Origin: Candidatus Cloacimonadota bacterium
GTDB taxonomy: Bacteria > Cloacimonadota > Cloacimonadia > G963667145
Direction of reading: 5' to 3'
Assembly (NCBI GenBank): GCA_963667255.1
Contig: OY762940.1
Location: 992,001-1,056,000 of the forward strand
DNA: 64,000 nucleotides
The notes beneath the pieces are model-generated. The model did not search any database. It was not told the origin of the DNA and saw only the letters and a program-made list of their open reading frames with translations. This document shows, one piece after another, positions 9,743-19,683 of the stretch (positions are counted from its first letter, which is position 1; the number at the start of each line of letters is the position of its first letter). Position numbers and translations under genes: made by a program.

Positions 9743-10921
9743 ATGGAAAATTATGCGATTGTCTCTTCTTCTCATACTCGTAAAGCACTTGTATTTATAA
9801 GGGCTTTGGGTGAGGCAAAAATAAATGTTTGGACATTGGGAGATTCTTTTTTTTGTGTGGGATTTTGGTCAAAATTTTGTAGAAAATATTTTGTAACTAA
9901 AAAAAATAGATTTTTTGATGCGAAAATAAACAGATTAATAGCAACCAAAAATACTGAAGATAAATTTGTATTTTGTCCAATGGAAGAAGAAGATATTGTT
10001 TGGCTCTATGATAATAAAAATATTTTGCATAACAAAATAAGGTATTTGATTCCCCCCAAAAAAAGTTTTAATATAGCTGTTAGCAAGAGCTTAACTGCAG
10101 TATTTGCTTTTGAACAAGGGATTGATACTCCAGAGACTTTTTCGTTTGAAAATTTGGAAGAATTTAAGCATAAATTGAAAAATATTGATTGCGATAATTA
10201 CATAGTCAAGCCAAACAAGGGGAGAGGTTCATTGGGAATAGTTTATGGAAGCAATTTTTTTAGAACTGATTGGGATAAACATTGGAATAAGTTTGGTAAT
10301 TTACTTATACAAGAGAGAATAGATAGTAGTGGTTTTGGTTTTGGTGTTGGAATGTTATTTGATCAGAATTCTGAGTGCATAGCAAGATTTGTTCATAAAA
10401 GGCAGCAACAATTTCCTAATTCAGGTGGTCCTAGCACTGATAGAATTGGCATAAAAAATGATTATTTATTAAACAAAAGTGCGGAACTTTTAAAAAAGCT
10501 TGATTGGGTCGGCTTTGCGATGGTGGAATGGAAACATGACCCCGCACAAAACAAATATTTTTTATTGGAAATTAATCCTCGTACATGGGGAAGTATGGCT
10601 TTGGCTGTAAAGTCAGGGGTAAATTTCCCTTTACTTTACTTTAAATTATGTCTTGAGGAAAAGGTAAAAGCAATTTTAGATTACAAAACAAATATGAGAA
10701 GTAAATGGACTTTTCCTGGGGATATTTTAAGATTTTTGACTCAAGAAAGAAAGAAACGAGAGAAATTTTGTGAATTTTGTAGAGAAAACTATTTGTATAG
10801 CGAAGAGTTAGATATAAAAGATATTAGAGGAAGTATTGCTACTATTGTTTGCCAATTCTTTTTATTTTTTAAACCAGAAAATTTTAAAACTGTGGTTTTT
10901 AAATTATTTTTTAAGGGATAA
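9743..10921 (+). CDS. ATP-grasp domain protein of the glycan-cluster type
   Basis: IVKP..GRGS.G, LIQE, LLEINPR.WGS...A..SGVNFP. Confidence 0.85.
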   Translation: MENYAIVSSSHTRKALVFIRALGEAKINVWTLGDSFFCVGFWSKFCRKYFVTKKNRFFDAKINRLIATKNTEDKFVFCPMEEEDIVWLYDNKNILHNKIRYLIPPKKSFNIAVSKSLTAVFAFEQGIDTPETFSFENLEEFKHKLKNIDCDNYIVKPNKGRGSLGIVYGSNFFRTDWDKHWNKFGNLLIQERIDSSGFGFGVGMLFDQNSECIARFVHKRQQQFPNSGGPSTDRIGIKNDYLLNKSAELLKKLDWVGFAMVEWKHDPAQNKYFLLEINPRTWGSMALAVKSGVNFPLLYFKLCLEEKVKAILDYKTNMRSKWTFPGDILRFLTQERKKREKFCEFCRENYLYSEELDIKDIRGSIATIVCQFFLFFKPENFKTVVFKLFFKG

Positions 10922-10923
10922 TA

Positions 10924-11771
10924 ATGAAAAATATAATGACGATAGATTTGGAAGAGTGGTTTCATTTTAATACTTCTGATGTTGAAATTTCTAAGGATGT
11001 TTATTCTAAGGTTAGAGTGGTAGATGCTACAAAAGTGATTTTGGATTTATTCGAACAATATAAAGTAAAAGCTACTTTTTTTTGCCTTGAATATGTCGCG
11101 AGTAAGTATCCTGATTTGATTAAACTTATATCTGAAAAGGGTCATGAAATAGCTTCGCATGGTATTAACCACAAACTTGTTTACGAGCAGACACCAGAAG
11201 AGTTTGAGCAAGAGATAAAAAAGTCCGTAGATATTTTGGAGCAGATAACTGGGAAAAAAGTGCTGGGATTCCGAGCTCCTTCATGGTCAATTACCAAAAA
11301 ATCTTTGTGGGCGTTGCAAGTTTTACAAGATTTAGGATTAAAATATGATGCTAGCGTTTTCCCTATTAAGACTTTTTTGTTTGGGATTCCAGATGCCCCC
11401 AGAAAACCTTATTATCCTGAATATAATGGCAAAAAGTTAGAAATTTTGGAAATCCCATGTCAACTTTGGAAATTTTTGGCAAAAGATTACCTTTTTCGGG
11501 AGGATTTTATTTTAGAGTTTTACCTAATTTTTTTGTTAAATGGGGAATTCGTCATTCAAATAATCAAAGTAGACAAGTTTTATTTTACCTTCATCCGAAA
11601 GAGGTAGATAGGGATTGTCCAAAAATTAATGGGTTGGATTTTAATAACAGAATAATTCTTTATGCGGGAATTAAAAATTGCAAAAAGAAGTTTGAAAATA
11701 TTTTGCAAAATTTTGAATTCGATTCGATTAAGAATCAATTGAATGATATAAAGTCTGGAATTGTAATTTAA
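10924..11771 (+). pseudogene. Polysaccharide deacetylase (CE4/DUF3473 type), frameshifted at ~11454-11456 (real or sequencing error)
   Basis: TIDLEEWF, ATFF, HEIASHG, GFRAPSWS in one frame; PFSGGFYFR and YLHPKE in the next. One extra C in ATCCCATG would restore EIPMST. Confidence 0.8.
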
Positions 11772-11941
11772 TCTTAATAAGTCCGTTCACTTTCTCTTCA
11801 TTAAGTGTTGACATTCATATCGCAAAATTATAAAAATCTCCATTTGTTGAAATTTAGTTGGAAAACAAGAAGTTAGGGCGTTTTATTTTGGTAATTAATT
11901 TCTTAATTCTTAAGTTTTTTTAATAAATGAAGGTAAAATAA

Positions 11942-13849
11942 ATGAAGAAAAAAAAGAATGATAAACACAAAAAACAGATTTGTGCGAGTAAAACTGTTGG
12001 TCCTGTTGAGGATTTGGAGAGGTATTTGCATTCGGACTGGTGGAAGCGACTTTTCAATTCTATCTATTTGAAAACTGATGCTGATGTCTTGGATAATGAG
12101 CTTATCACAGTCAGAGAGATGTCGTTATTTAAGAAAATTTTGGGGATAAAAAGTGGTGAGTCGCTTTTGGATATAGCGTGTGGACAAGGAAGACATCTGA
12201 TAGAGTTGGCGAAAGACGATTCGTATTTATTGTCCGGAATAGACCGTTCCAGATACCTTATCCAGCGAGCGAAAAATAATTGCAAGCGAAAAGGGTTGTC
12301 CGTAAATTTCAAAGAGGGAGATGCACGGAAATTGCCTTTTGATACGGATAGCTTTGATTACATCACAATTTTGGGGAATAGTTTTGGATATTTCGAAACT
12401 GCCGAAGACGATGTGAAGGTGCTTAAAGAGATTTTTCGTGTATTGAAGCCGGGTGGTAAATTGCTGATGGATGTGGCAGATGGCAAATTTTTACGGGAGA
12501 ATTTTGCTGCCAGAAGTTGGGAGTGGATAGACAAGAAGTATTTCGTTTGTCGTGAGCGGTCTCTGGCTGCAGATAACGAGAGGTTGATTTCTCGTGAGGT
12601 GGTAACGCATACGGAAAAGGGCGTTGTGGTTGACCAGTTTTATGCTGAGCGACTCTATGATAAGAAAACTTTGTCCGAACTTGCACTGAGAGCTGGTTTC
12701 CAAGAGAGCATCTTTTACGACAATCTGGAACTGGAATCGATGGACAGCAAAGATTTGGGAATGATGTCCAACAGGATAATTTTGGTGGGGACCGCTACTA
12801 AAGAGTGGACTCCCAAAAAATCTACGAAGAATGTGAAGAATGTTGTCGTGATAATGGGCGACCCGAAATTGAACGATATCGTGAAGCCTGATGCCAAATT
12901 TGATTCTGACGATTTTGCCACTATTGATAGACTGAAGTTGGCTCTTGGCAAGATTAAGGGCTACGAATTTAGTTATTTGGATAATCACAGCACACTCATA
13001 AGCGACTGCGACAGATTGAAAGGCAGCACGGATTTGGTGTTAAATCTTTGTGATGAGGGGTTTAATAACGATGCCAAAAAAGAGTTGCATGTGCCGTCTC
13101 TGCTGGAGATGTTCAATTTGCCATATACAGGCTCAAATCCGCAAACGCTCGCTTATTGTTATGATAAATCGCTCATCAGAGGTATCGCCAACGAGATAGA
13201 TGTGCCGGTTGCAGACGCTTTTGTGATTACGGCGGACAGCAATTTGTATGAACTCAATATCTCTTTCCCCGTGATAGCCAAGCCGAACTTCGGAGATTCC
13301 AGTTTTGGGATTACGCAGAAAAATGTGGCGAATAATATCGAAGAGTTGATGAATGCGATTGTTAGGATTAAGGAGCAGTTTGATTACGAAAATCCGATTT
13401 TGGTGGAAGAGTTTTTGACTGGAGCAGAGGTGACTTTGGGGATAATTGGTAATGCGGACAACAACATGGTCTTGCCGATTATTGAGGAAGATTATTCCGA
13501 CTTGCCCGAGGGTTTGCCGAGAATTTGTGGGTATGAAGCGAAGTGGTTGCAGGACTCTCCTTATATGAAAAATCTGAAATCGATTAGAGCGAATCTCGAT
13601 TTGGAGACAGAGCAACAGTTGATTAGGCACAGTTTGAAGTTGTTTAGACGATTGGGTTGTCGAGACTATTGCCGTTTTGATTGGCGACTGAACGCTGACG
13701 GTAACCCGAAATTGTTGGAAGTGAATCCGAACCCAGGATGGTGTTGGGACGGACATATGGCGAAGATGAGCAAGTTTGCGGATATGGACTATTCGCAGAT
13801 GTTGGAGAACATTCTCAAGGCTGCCGAGCAGAGATATAATTTGAATTGA
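11942..13849 (+). CDS. Class I SAM methyltransferase fused to a D-Ala-D-Ala-ligase-like ATP-grasp domain
   Basis: N-half: LDIACGQGRH, GDARKLP, RVLKPGG. C-half: PYTGS, DKS, IAKP..GDSSFGI, VEEFL.G.E, RDYCRFDWR, LEVNPNP. Confidence 0.85.
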   Translation: MKKKKNDKHKKQICASKTVGPVEDLERYLHSDWWKRLFNSIYLKTDADVLDNELITVREMSLFKKILGIKSGESLLDIACGQGRHLIELAKDDSYLLSGIDRSRYLIQRAKNNCKRKGLSVNFKEGDARKLPFDTDSFDYITILGNSFGYFETAEDDVKVLKEIFRVLKPGGKLLMDVADGKFLRENFAARSWEWIDKKYFVCRERSLAADNERLISREVVTHTEKGVVVDQFYAERLYDKKTLSELALRAGFQESIFYDNLELESMDSKDLGMMSNRIILVGTATKEWTPKKSTKNVKNVVVIMGDPKLNDIVKPDAKFDSDDFATIDRLKLALGKIKGYEFSYLDNHSTLISDCDRLKGSTDLVLNLCDEGFNNDAKKELHVPSLLEMFNLPYTGSNPQTLAYCYDKSLIRGIANEIDVPVADAFVITADSNLYELNISFPVIAKPNFGDSSFGITQKNVANNIEELMNAIVRIKEQFDYENPILVEEFLTGAEVTLGIIGNADNNMVLPIIEEDYSDLPEGLPRICGYEAKWLQDSPYMKNLKSIRANLDLETEQQLIRHSLKLFRRLGCRDYCRFDWRLNADGNPKLLEVNPNPGWCWDGHMAKMSKFADMDYSQMLENILKAAEQRYNLN

Positions 13850-13866
13850 TGTAAAGATATTTGTGG

Positions 13867-13896
13867 AACGCTATCGAATTTCGGTAGCGTTTTTTT
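13867..13896 (+). terminator. Rho-independent terminator
   Basis: AACGCTATCGA-att-TCGGTAGCGTT followed by a T tract. Confidence 0.8.
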
Positions 13897-13973
13897 GTGC
13901 AGATTTTTTTATTTGACAGATGGAGTGCACAAGAGAAGAAAAGCAAGAGTGAAATGAAAATTGTGAGGGAGTT

Positions 13974-14858
13974 ATGTTGAAAACTTTAGTCATCGGTGCC
14001 ACGAATATTGATATGTTTGTGCATACCGATTCCGATTATTTGTTGCACGATTCCAATCCGGCGAAAATCCAAACTGCTTTTGGTGGTGTAGCCTGCAATG
14101 TCGCTGTCAATCTGGCTTTGCTTGGGAACTGCATCTCTTTTATCACTGCGATAGGAGGCGACACATACGGAGTCTTGGCTGAAAATTACTTGCGAGATTT
14201 TGGTATCAACATTGACGAAAGCCTCAGGCTCGAAGACGGGAGTAGTAGCGTTTATCTCGGGATTATGGACAGAGAGAACGACCTTTTCCTCGGTGTGAAC
14301 GATATGCAAATTTGCAAAAGTTTGGAAGTTGCGTTCTTTGAGAAGAAAGCTGATTTTATCCGAAACTTCGATATTTTGGTTATTGATAACAATCTCGAAT
14401 ATGATGCGTTGGAATATCTGCTGAAGACATACAGAAGGAAACAAATTGTTGTGGATGCTGTGAGTGCCAAAAAGGTTGGGAAGTTGGGGAATTTGCTGGA
14501 GTATATAACTCTGCTAAAATTGAACAGAATAGAACTGATTGAACTCTCGAATAGAGAAACAACGGAGCAGAAAATTGCTGAACTTTTGGAACGGGGATTG
14601 GCTCAAGCACTTGTTACCAATTCGGCGGAAGAGATTATTTACAAATCGAAAGATGAATTTTTCACGGCAATGCCGATAGTAGAGCAGAAAATCGCAAACG
14701 CTTCTGGAGCCGGCGATGCTTTTTTGTCGGGATTTACGCACGGAATTATTCATCACAGAAAGGTTGGAGATTGCCTTGAAATTGCCAAGAAAACAGCATC
14801 TTTGACATTGCAGTCAACAAATTCCATAAATACAGAAATTAAAAAAATGAGGTTTTAA
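13974..14858 (+). CDS. psuK: PfkB-family kinase, probable pseudouridine kinase
   Basis: GGVACNVA and GAGDAF motifs; directly upstream of psuG. Confidence 0.85.
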   Translation: MLKTLVIGATNIDMFVHTDSDYLLHDSNPAKIQTAFGGVACNVAVNLALLGNCISFITAIGGDTYGVLAENYLRDFGINIDESLRLEDGSSSVYLGIMDRENDLFLGVNDMQICKSLEVAFFEKKADFIRNFDILVIDNNLEYDALEYLLKTYRRKQIVVDAVSAKKVGKLGNLLEYITLLKLNRIELIELSNRETTEQKIAELLERGLAQALVTNSAEEIIYKSKDEFFTAMPIVEQKIANASGAGDAFLSGFTHGIIHHRKVGDCLEIAKKTASLTLQSTNSINTEIKKMRF

Positions 14859-14861
14859 GAT

Positions 14862-15824
14862 ATGCAAAAGAGTTATATAGAATGTAGCGAAGAGGTCGCC
14901 AAGGCGATAAAAAATAACTTACAGATTGTTGCTCTGGAATCGACGATAATCTCGCATGGGATGCCTTATCCCGAGAATGTGCAAACGGCTTTGAATTGTG
15001 AGAAGATTATCAGAGATGCGGGAGTTGTGCCGGCGACGATAGCGATTTTGGATGGGAAATTGAAGGTTGGTCTTAGTGAAGAGGAGATAGATTTTCTTGG
15101 TAAGGAGGGCACGAAGATTCAGAAAACTTCCCGACGGGATATTGCCTATAATGTTGCTAACAAGATAGATGGGGCGACCACCGTGAGTGCGACGATGTTC
15201 ATTGCTTCTCTTGCCGGAATAGAGATTTTTGCCACGGGTGGAATAGGTGGAGTGCATCGTGGAGCGGAAACGACGATGGATATTAGTGCCGATTTGGAAG
15301 AGCTTGCGAAAACCAGTGTAGCTGTGGTGGCAGCTGGAGCGAAGAGCATTCTTGATTTGGGGCTGACACTTGAATACTTGGAAACCAAAGGCGTTCCGGT
15401 CATCGGATACAAGACGAAAATTTTGCCTGCGTTTTATTGTGCCGAGAGCGATTTTGAGGTCAATTTCAAGATTGATACTGCATCGGAGATTGCCCAGTTG
15501 CTCCACACGAAAAAAGGGCTTGGTTTGGATGGTGGCACGCTGATAACAAATCCTGTTCCGAGCGATATGTCGATGGACAAAGATTTCATCGATAATGTCA
15601 TCAACGAGGCGATAGAGGAGATGAGGACTCTCGGGATTAAAGGCAAAGAGACGACGCCTTTTCTCTTGAGTAAAATAGCCTCAATCACAGAGGGGAAATC
15701 GCTGGAGACGAACATCGCTTTGGTTTATAATAATTGCCGATTGGCAGCGGAGATTAGTAGGGAGTTGAAGAGGTTGAGTAAAGGGCAAGGGAAGAAGTTT
15801 TTATTTGACAGAAATTTATTATAA
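14862..15824 (+). CDS. psuG: Pseudouridine-5'-phosphate glycosidase
   Basis: VALESTIISHGMPYP, ATTVSATM, FATGGIGGVHRG, DISADL, GKETTPFLL. Confidence 0.96.
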   Translation: MQKSYIECSEEVAKAIKNNLQIVALESTIISHGMPYPENVQTALNCEKIIRDAGVVPATIAILDGKLKVGLSEEEIDFLGKEGTKIQKTSRRDIAYNVANKIDGATTVSATMFIASLAGIEIFATGGIGGVHRGAETTMDISADLEELAKTSVAVVAAGAKSILDLGLTLEYLETKGVPVIGYKTKILPAFYCAESDFEVNFKIDTASEIAQLLHTKKGLGLDGGTLITNPVPSDMSMDKDFIDNVINEAIEEMRTLGIKGKETTPFLLSKIASITEGKSLETNIALVYNNCRLAAEISRELKRLSKGQGKKFLFDRNLL

Positions 15825-16331
15825 TAAGAAGTTTCGATGAATTTAATCAAATTTATAGGTAAGCTATATGGAGAATAAAGAAATAGAAAATATTAAACCT
15901 ATTTTGCATACTAAAGAAGTACTTTTTGAAGATGATTTTGAAATTGAGTATCAAGTCTTACCTGCATTTTCTCCTGAAGAAATACAAAAGAAAGATATAG
16001 CTGAGAAAATTGCAAAAATTGATGCAATAAGCGAAGAAATAGAAGAAAAAATTTCAAACTTAAATATAAATATTGGGAGTGTGCAAATAACTGGGTCTGA
16101 AATAAGACCTAATTATGTTTGACAGAATAAGTTATGAACATTTATTAAAATGCCATGAGTATAATCAAAAAAAACGCTGTCCAAATTGTGATAGCTTAAA
16201 CACAAAAAAGAAGGGATATATTTTCTCTGAAAGAACAACTAATCGTGGGAAAATTAAAGTCAAAACTCAACGATTTTATTGTAAAGATTGCCAAATAAGT
16301 TTTACCAATTTTGGATATAATAAGAGAACTC

Positions 16332-17442
16332 GGGAGTGTGCAAATAACTGGGTCTGAAATAAGACCTAATTATGTTTGACAGAATAAGTTATGAACATTT
16401 ATTAAAATGCCATGAGTATAATCAAAAAAAACGCTGTCCAAATTGTGATAGCTTAAACACAAAAAAGAAGGGATATATTTTCTCTGAAAGAACAACTAAT
16501 CGTGGGAAAATTAAAGTCAAAACTCAACGATTTTATTGTAAAGATTGCCAAATAAGTTTTACCAATTTTGGATATAATAAGAGAACTCATTTTGCACCAA
16601 AATTCAAAGATAAGGTTGTTACTGACTATATTTCAACCAAAAGTTCTCTTTCTGAAGTTGCTAAAAGACATGGGATTTGTAAAAATAGTATTCTTAATTG
16701 GATACCTCAGCGAGCTAATTTATATCAGGATAATGTGTTACACAGCAATATAGATGAGACAACAATTTATATTGATGGCAAGGAAATTAAGATAAACGGT
16801 AAGCGAAAAGTTGTCTTAGTCGCCAGTAGCAAACTACTTGATAAACCAATATATTACAAGATTTATGATAGAGAACATAGTAGTTCATCTGAAGACTTTT
16901 TGAATAGACTAAAAAAAATGTATGACAACAAAATAATTGGGATTGTGTCAGATTTTGGGCGAGGGAAGTGCTTTGTTAAGCCAGTTAACCAACTTTTTGA
17001 AGATGTTCCACATCAAATTTGCTTGGTTCATTATTTAAGAAGCGTTAATATCAATGTTCCTAAAACAAAAAAGAGTAAGTTTTTTAGACGAAATATTTTC
17101 TTTAAGAACTTGATTAAGAGCATTTTAAATGCTGAAACTTTACAAGAAGCTGAAAATAATTTAAGTTCGCTTAATCACTATGAAAAATTTTTTCGCCTAA
17201 AAATTCATAAGCGTTTTATTAAATCAATTAATCGAAACTTTGGTTTATTAACTGCTCATTTTCATTACGATTTTTTGGATAAAACAACAAATAAAATTGA
17301 AAATATTAATCGACAATTGAATAGGAAATTAAAAAATTTAGACGGATTTAAATCTGAAAAAAATATGAATCATTTTTTGAAAATTTGGTTCAATAATTAT
17401 TCAAAAGGAGTGGAAATTAGACCCAATTAAATGCACGCTCCC
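16332..17442 (+). mobile_element. IS256-like element, copy 3 (inner, intact)
   Basis: TSD GAGAACTC at 16324-16331 and 17443-17450; 1111 bp. Confidence 0.95.
16372..17430 (+). CDS. DDE transposase (IS256/Mutator-like)
   Basis: Same 352-aa protein as 8170-9228 except NSIL in place of NSTL. Confidence 0.92.
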   Translation: MFDRISYEHLLKCHEYNQKKRCPNCDSLNTKKKGYIFSERTTNRGKIKVKTQRFYCKDCQISFTNFGYNKRTHFAPKFKDKVVTDYISTKSSLSEVAKRHGICKNSILNWIPQRANLYQDNVLHSNIDETTIYIDGKEIKINGKRKVVLVASSKLLDKPIYYKIYDREHSSSSEDFLNRLKKMYDNKIIGIVSDFGRGKCFVKPVNQLFEDVPHQICLVHYLRSVNINVPKTKKSKFFRRNIFFKNLIKSILNAETLQEAENNLSSLNHYEKFFRLKIHKRFIKSINRNFGLLTAHFHYDFLDKTTNKIENINRQLNRKLKNLDGFKSEKNMNHFLKIWFNNYSKGVEIRPN

Positions 17443-19683
17443 GAGAACTCATTTTGCACCAAAATTCAAAGATAAGGTTGTTACTGACTATATTTCAACC
17501 AAAAGTTCTCTTTCTGAAGTTGCTAAAAGACATGGGATTTGTAAAAATAGTATTCTTAATTGGATACCTCAGCGAGCTAATTTATATCAGGATAATGTGT
17601 TACACAGCAATATAGATGAGACAACAATTTATATTGATGGCAAGGAAATTAAGATAAACGGTAAGCGAAAAGTTGTCTTAGTCGCCAGTAGCAAACTACT
17701 TGATAAACCAATATATTACAAGATTTATGATAGAGAACATAGTAGTTCATCTGAAGACTTTTTGAATAGACTAAAAAAAATGTATGACAACAAAATAATT
17801 GGGATTGTGTCAGATTTTGGGCGAGGGAAGTGCTTTGTTAAGCCAGTTAACCAACTTTTTGAAGATGTTCCACATCAAATTTGCTTGGTTCATTATTTAA
17901 GAAGCGTTAATATCAATGTTCCTAAAACAAAAAAGAGTAAGTTTTTTAGACGAAATATTTTCTTTAAGAACTTGATTAAGAGCATTTTAAATGCTGAAAC
18001 TTTACAAGAAGCTGAAAATAATTTAAGTTCGCTTAATCACTATGAAAAATTTTTTCGCCTAAAAATTCATAAGCGTTTTATTAAATCAATTAATCGAAAC
18101 TTTGGTTTATTAACTGCTCATTTTCATTACGATTTTTTGGATAAAACAACAAATAAAATTGAAAATATTAATCGACAATTGAATAGGAAATTAAAAAATT
18201 TAGACGGATTTAAATCTGAAAAAAATATGAATCATTTTTTGAAAATTTGGTTCAATAATTATTCAAAAGGAGTGGAAATTAGACCCAATTAAATGCACGC
18301 TCCCTAAATATTGATAAACTTACTAATCATGCAGATGGTTTTGATTATATTATTTCAGTTATAAGTGGAATCATTGCTGGAATTGTAGATTCTTTTTGGG
18401 TAGGTGAATTTAGTTTTGAAGACGCAAGAAAATGGGGAGAGGAAGCAACAAATGATTTTGTTGTTAAAATTGCTCAAAGTCAAGGCTATGATAAAAATGA
18501 TTTACAAGGTTCGATTGCTTATTTAGAAAAAAAATTTCCGTTGGCAAGTGATAGTAATGTTGCTGATTTTGGAGGGGGTCTTCAACATCATTTAAGAGAT
18601 TTTTCTCATCATCCTAATTTACTAGGGATTATTTTTTCAATGTTGTCGCAGTTTTCTGGCAATGCTTATGGCACCGATGAAAATGGTTCTTTCAAAATTG
18701 TTCCCATAAAAAATAGGGATTTAATTGGAGATAGTATTCCTAAAAAATTTATGTTTGGGGTAACTTTTTGGTTTTTTCATATGGTGAGTGATATTGCTGG
18801 TTCTAGTTCAACAGCTGGTTCTGGAACAGGTCTAGCAGGCCCCTTATTATCATTTGCTAAGGTATTGTCAGCTTTACCTTTTTTTAAAGATATAAATGTT
18901 GGTGGTAATAGATTATCTGTTGTTATTTCAAAGCTGTTTAATGGAACACTCTTTGTTGAGAGAGATGCTAAAGGGAAAATTATAAGAGAAAGTGTGAAAA
19001 AATTTGATTTTAGAACTGAGCTCGGTGTTTATAAAGAAATTGGGATACAGGCAATTCCAGTTATCTTGAACGAAGTTATTGTTAGAGCTTTCTATTTTAT
19101 TCGTCATTTTATAGATGAAATTAAAAAAAACAATATTTGTGGATTGAAAGATCTTAGATGGATTAATTGGAACAATACTCTTCCTTTCAAAAATCGAACA
19201 ATAGTTAGGATGTTAACTATTGCTACAGGAACTTTTACCGCTGTTGATTTAGCTGATGCTGCTATTCGTTCAGCAATGGAAGTTGGACCACCAACAACTT
19301 CTACTTATTGGAAGAAATTTGTGTTAAAAGTAAATTTTGTTGGAATAGGTCGATTTGCAATTGCTGTTGGTATTGATATTGGAATGGGAATCAAGCGACA
19401 ATCTCTAATTAAGGAGAGAATGCAATATCGGAGTGAAAATGTAATGCTTAAAACAGCAAAAATTTATTATCTTCAAGAAAATATGTGGATAGAAGTTATC
19501 GATACTGAAAAGTCTATAAATGATATGTGTTCAACCGCTGAAAAATCCATCATTTATTTTGTCAATTCTTGTGGAGAGATTTCTGAAAGCATAGAAAATA
19601 TAGGGGGAATTGTTAATGAGGTTGAGGAGAAAAATCCTGGATTAAATGAAAATTTAAAAGATATTTTAGAGTGGGGTTAACTA

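Larger units (their letters stand above)
8037..9743 (+). pseudogene. HAD-IB family phosphatase interrupted by an IS
   Basis: 8037-8157 reads MNKLVIFDFDNTITTRDT (HAD motif I). Removing 8158-9276 rejoins it in frame to IISAS...CYG..K...AYGDS.GD, giving 195 aa. Confidence 0.9.
16075..18304 (+). mobile_element. IS256-like element, copy 2 (outer), transposase disrupted by copy 3
   Basis: Same TIRs as copy 1; TSD TAAATATT at 16067-16074 and 18305-18312; length 2230 = 1111 + 1111 + 8. Confidence 0.95.
15868..19680 (+). pseudogene. Uncharacterised 524-aa membrane-associated protein split by a nested IS
   Basis: 15868-16074 (...NLNINI) joins in frame to 18313-19680 (DKLTNHADGFDY...) once the IS and one TSD copy are removed; no other stops. 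Confidence 0.85.

Noticed and set aside
16115..18292. ORFs 16115-16357 and 17597-18292 as separate genes, or a programmed-frameshift transposase
   Set aside because: They are the two halves of the outer IS transposase split by the inner copy.
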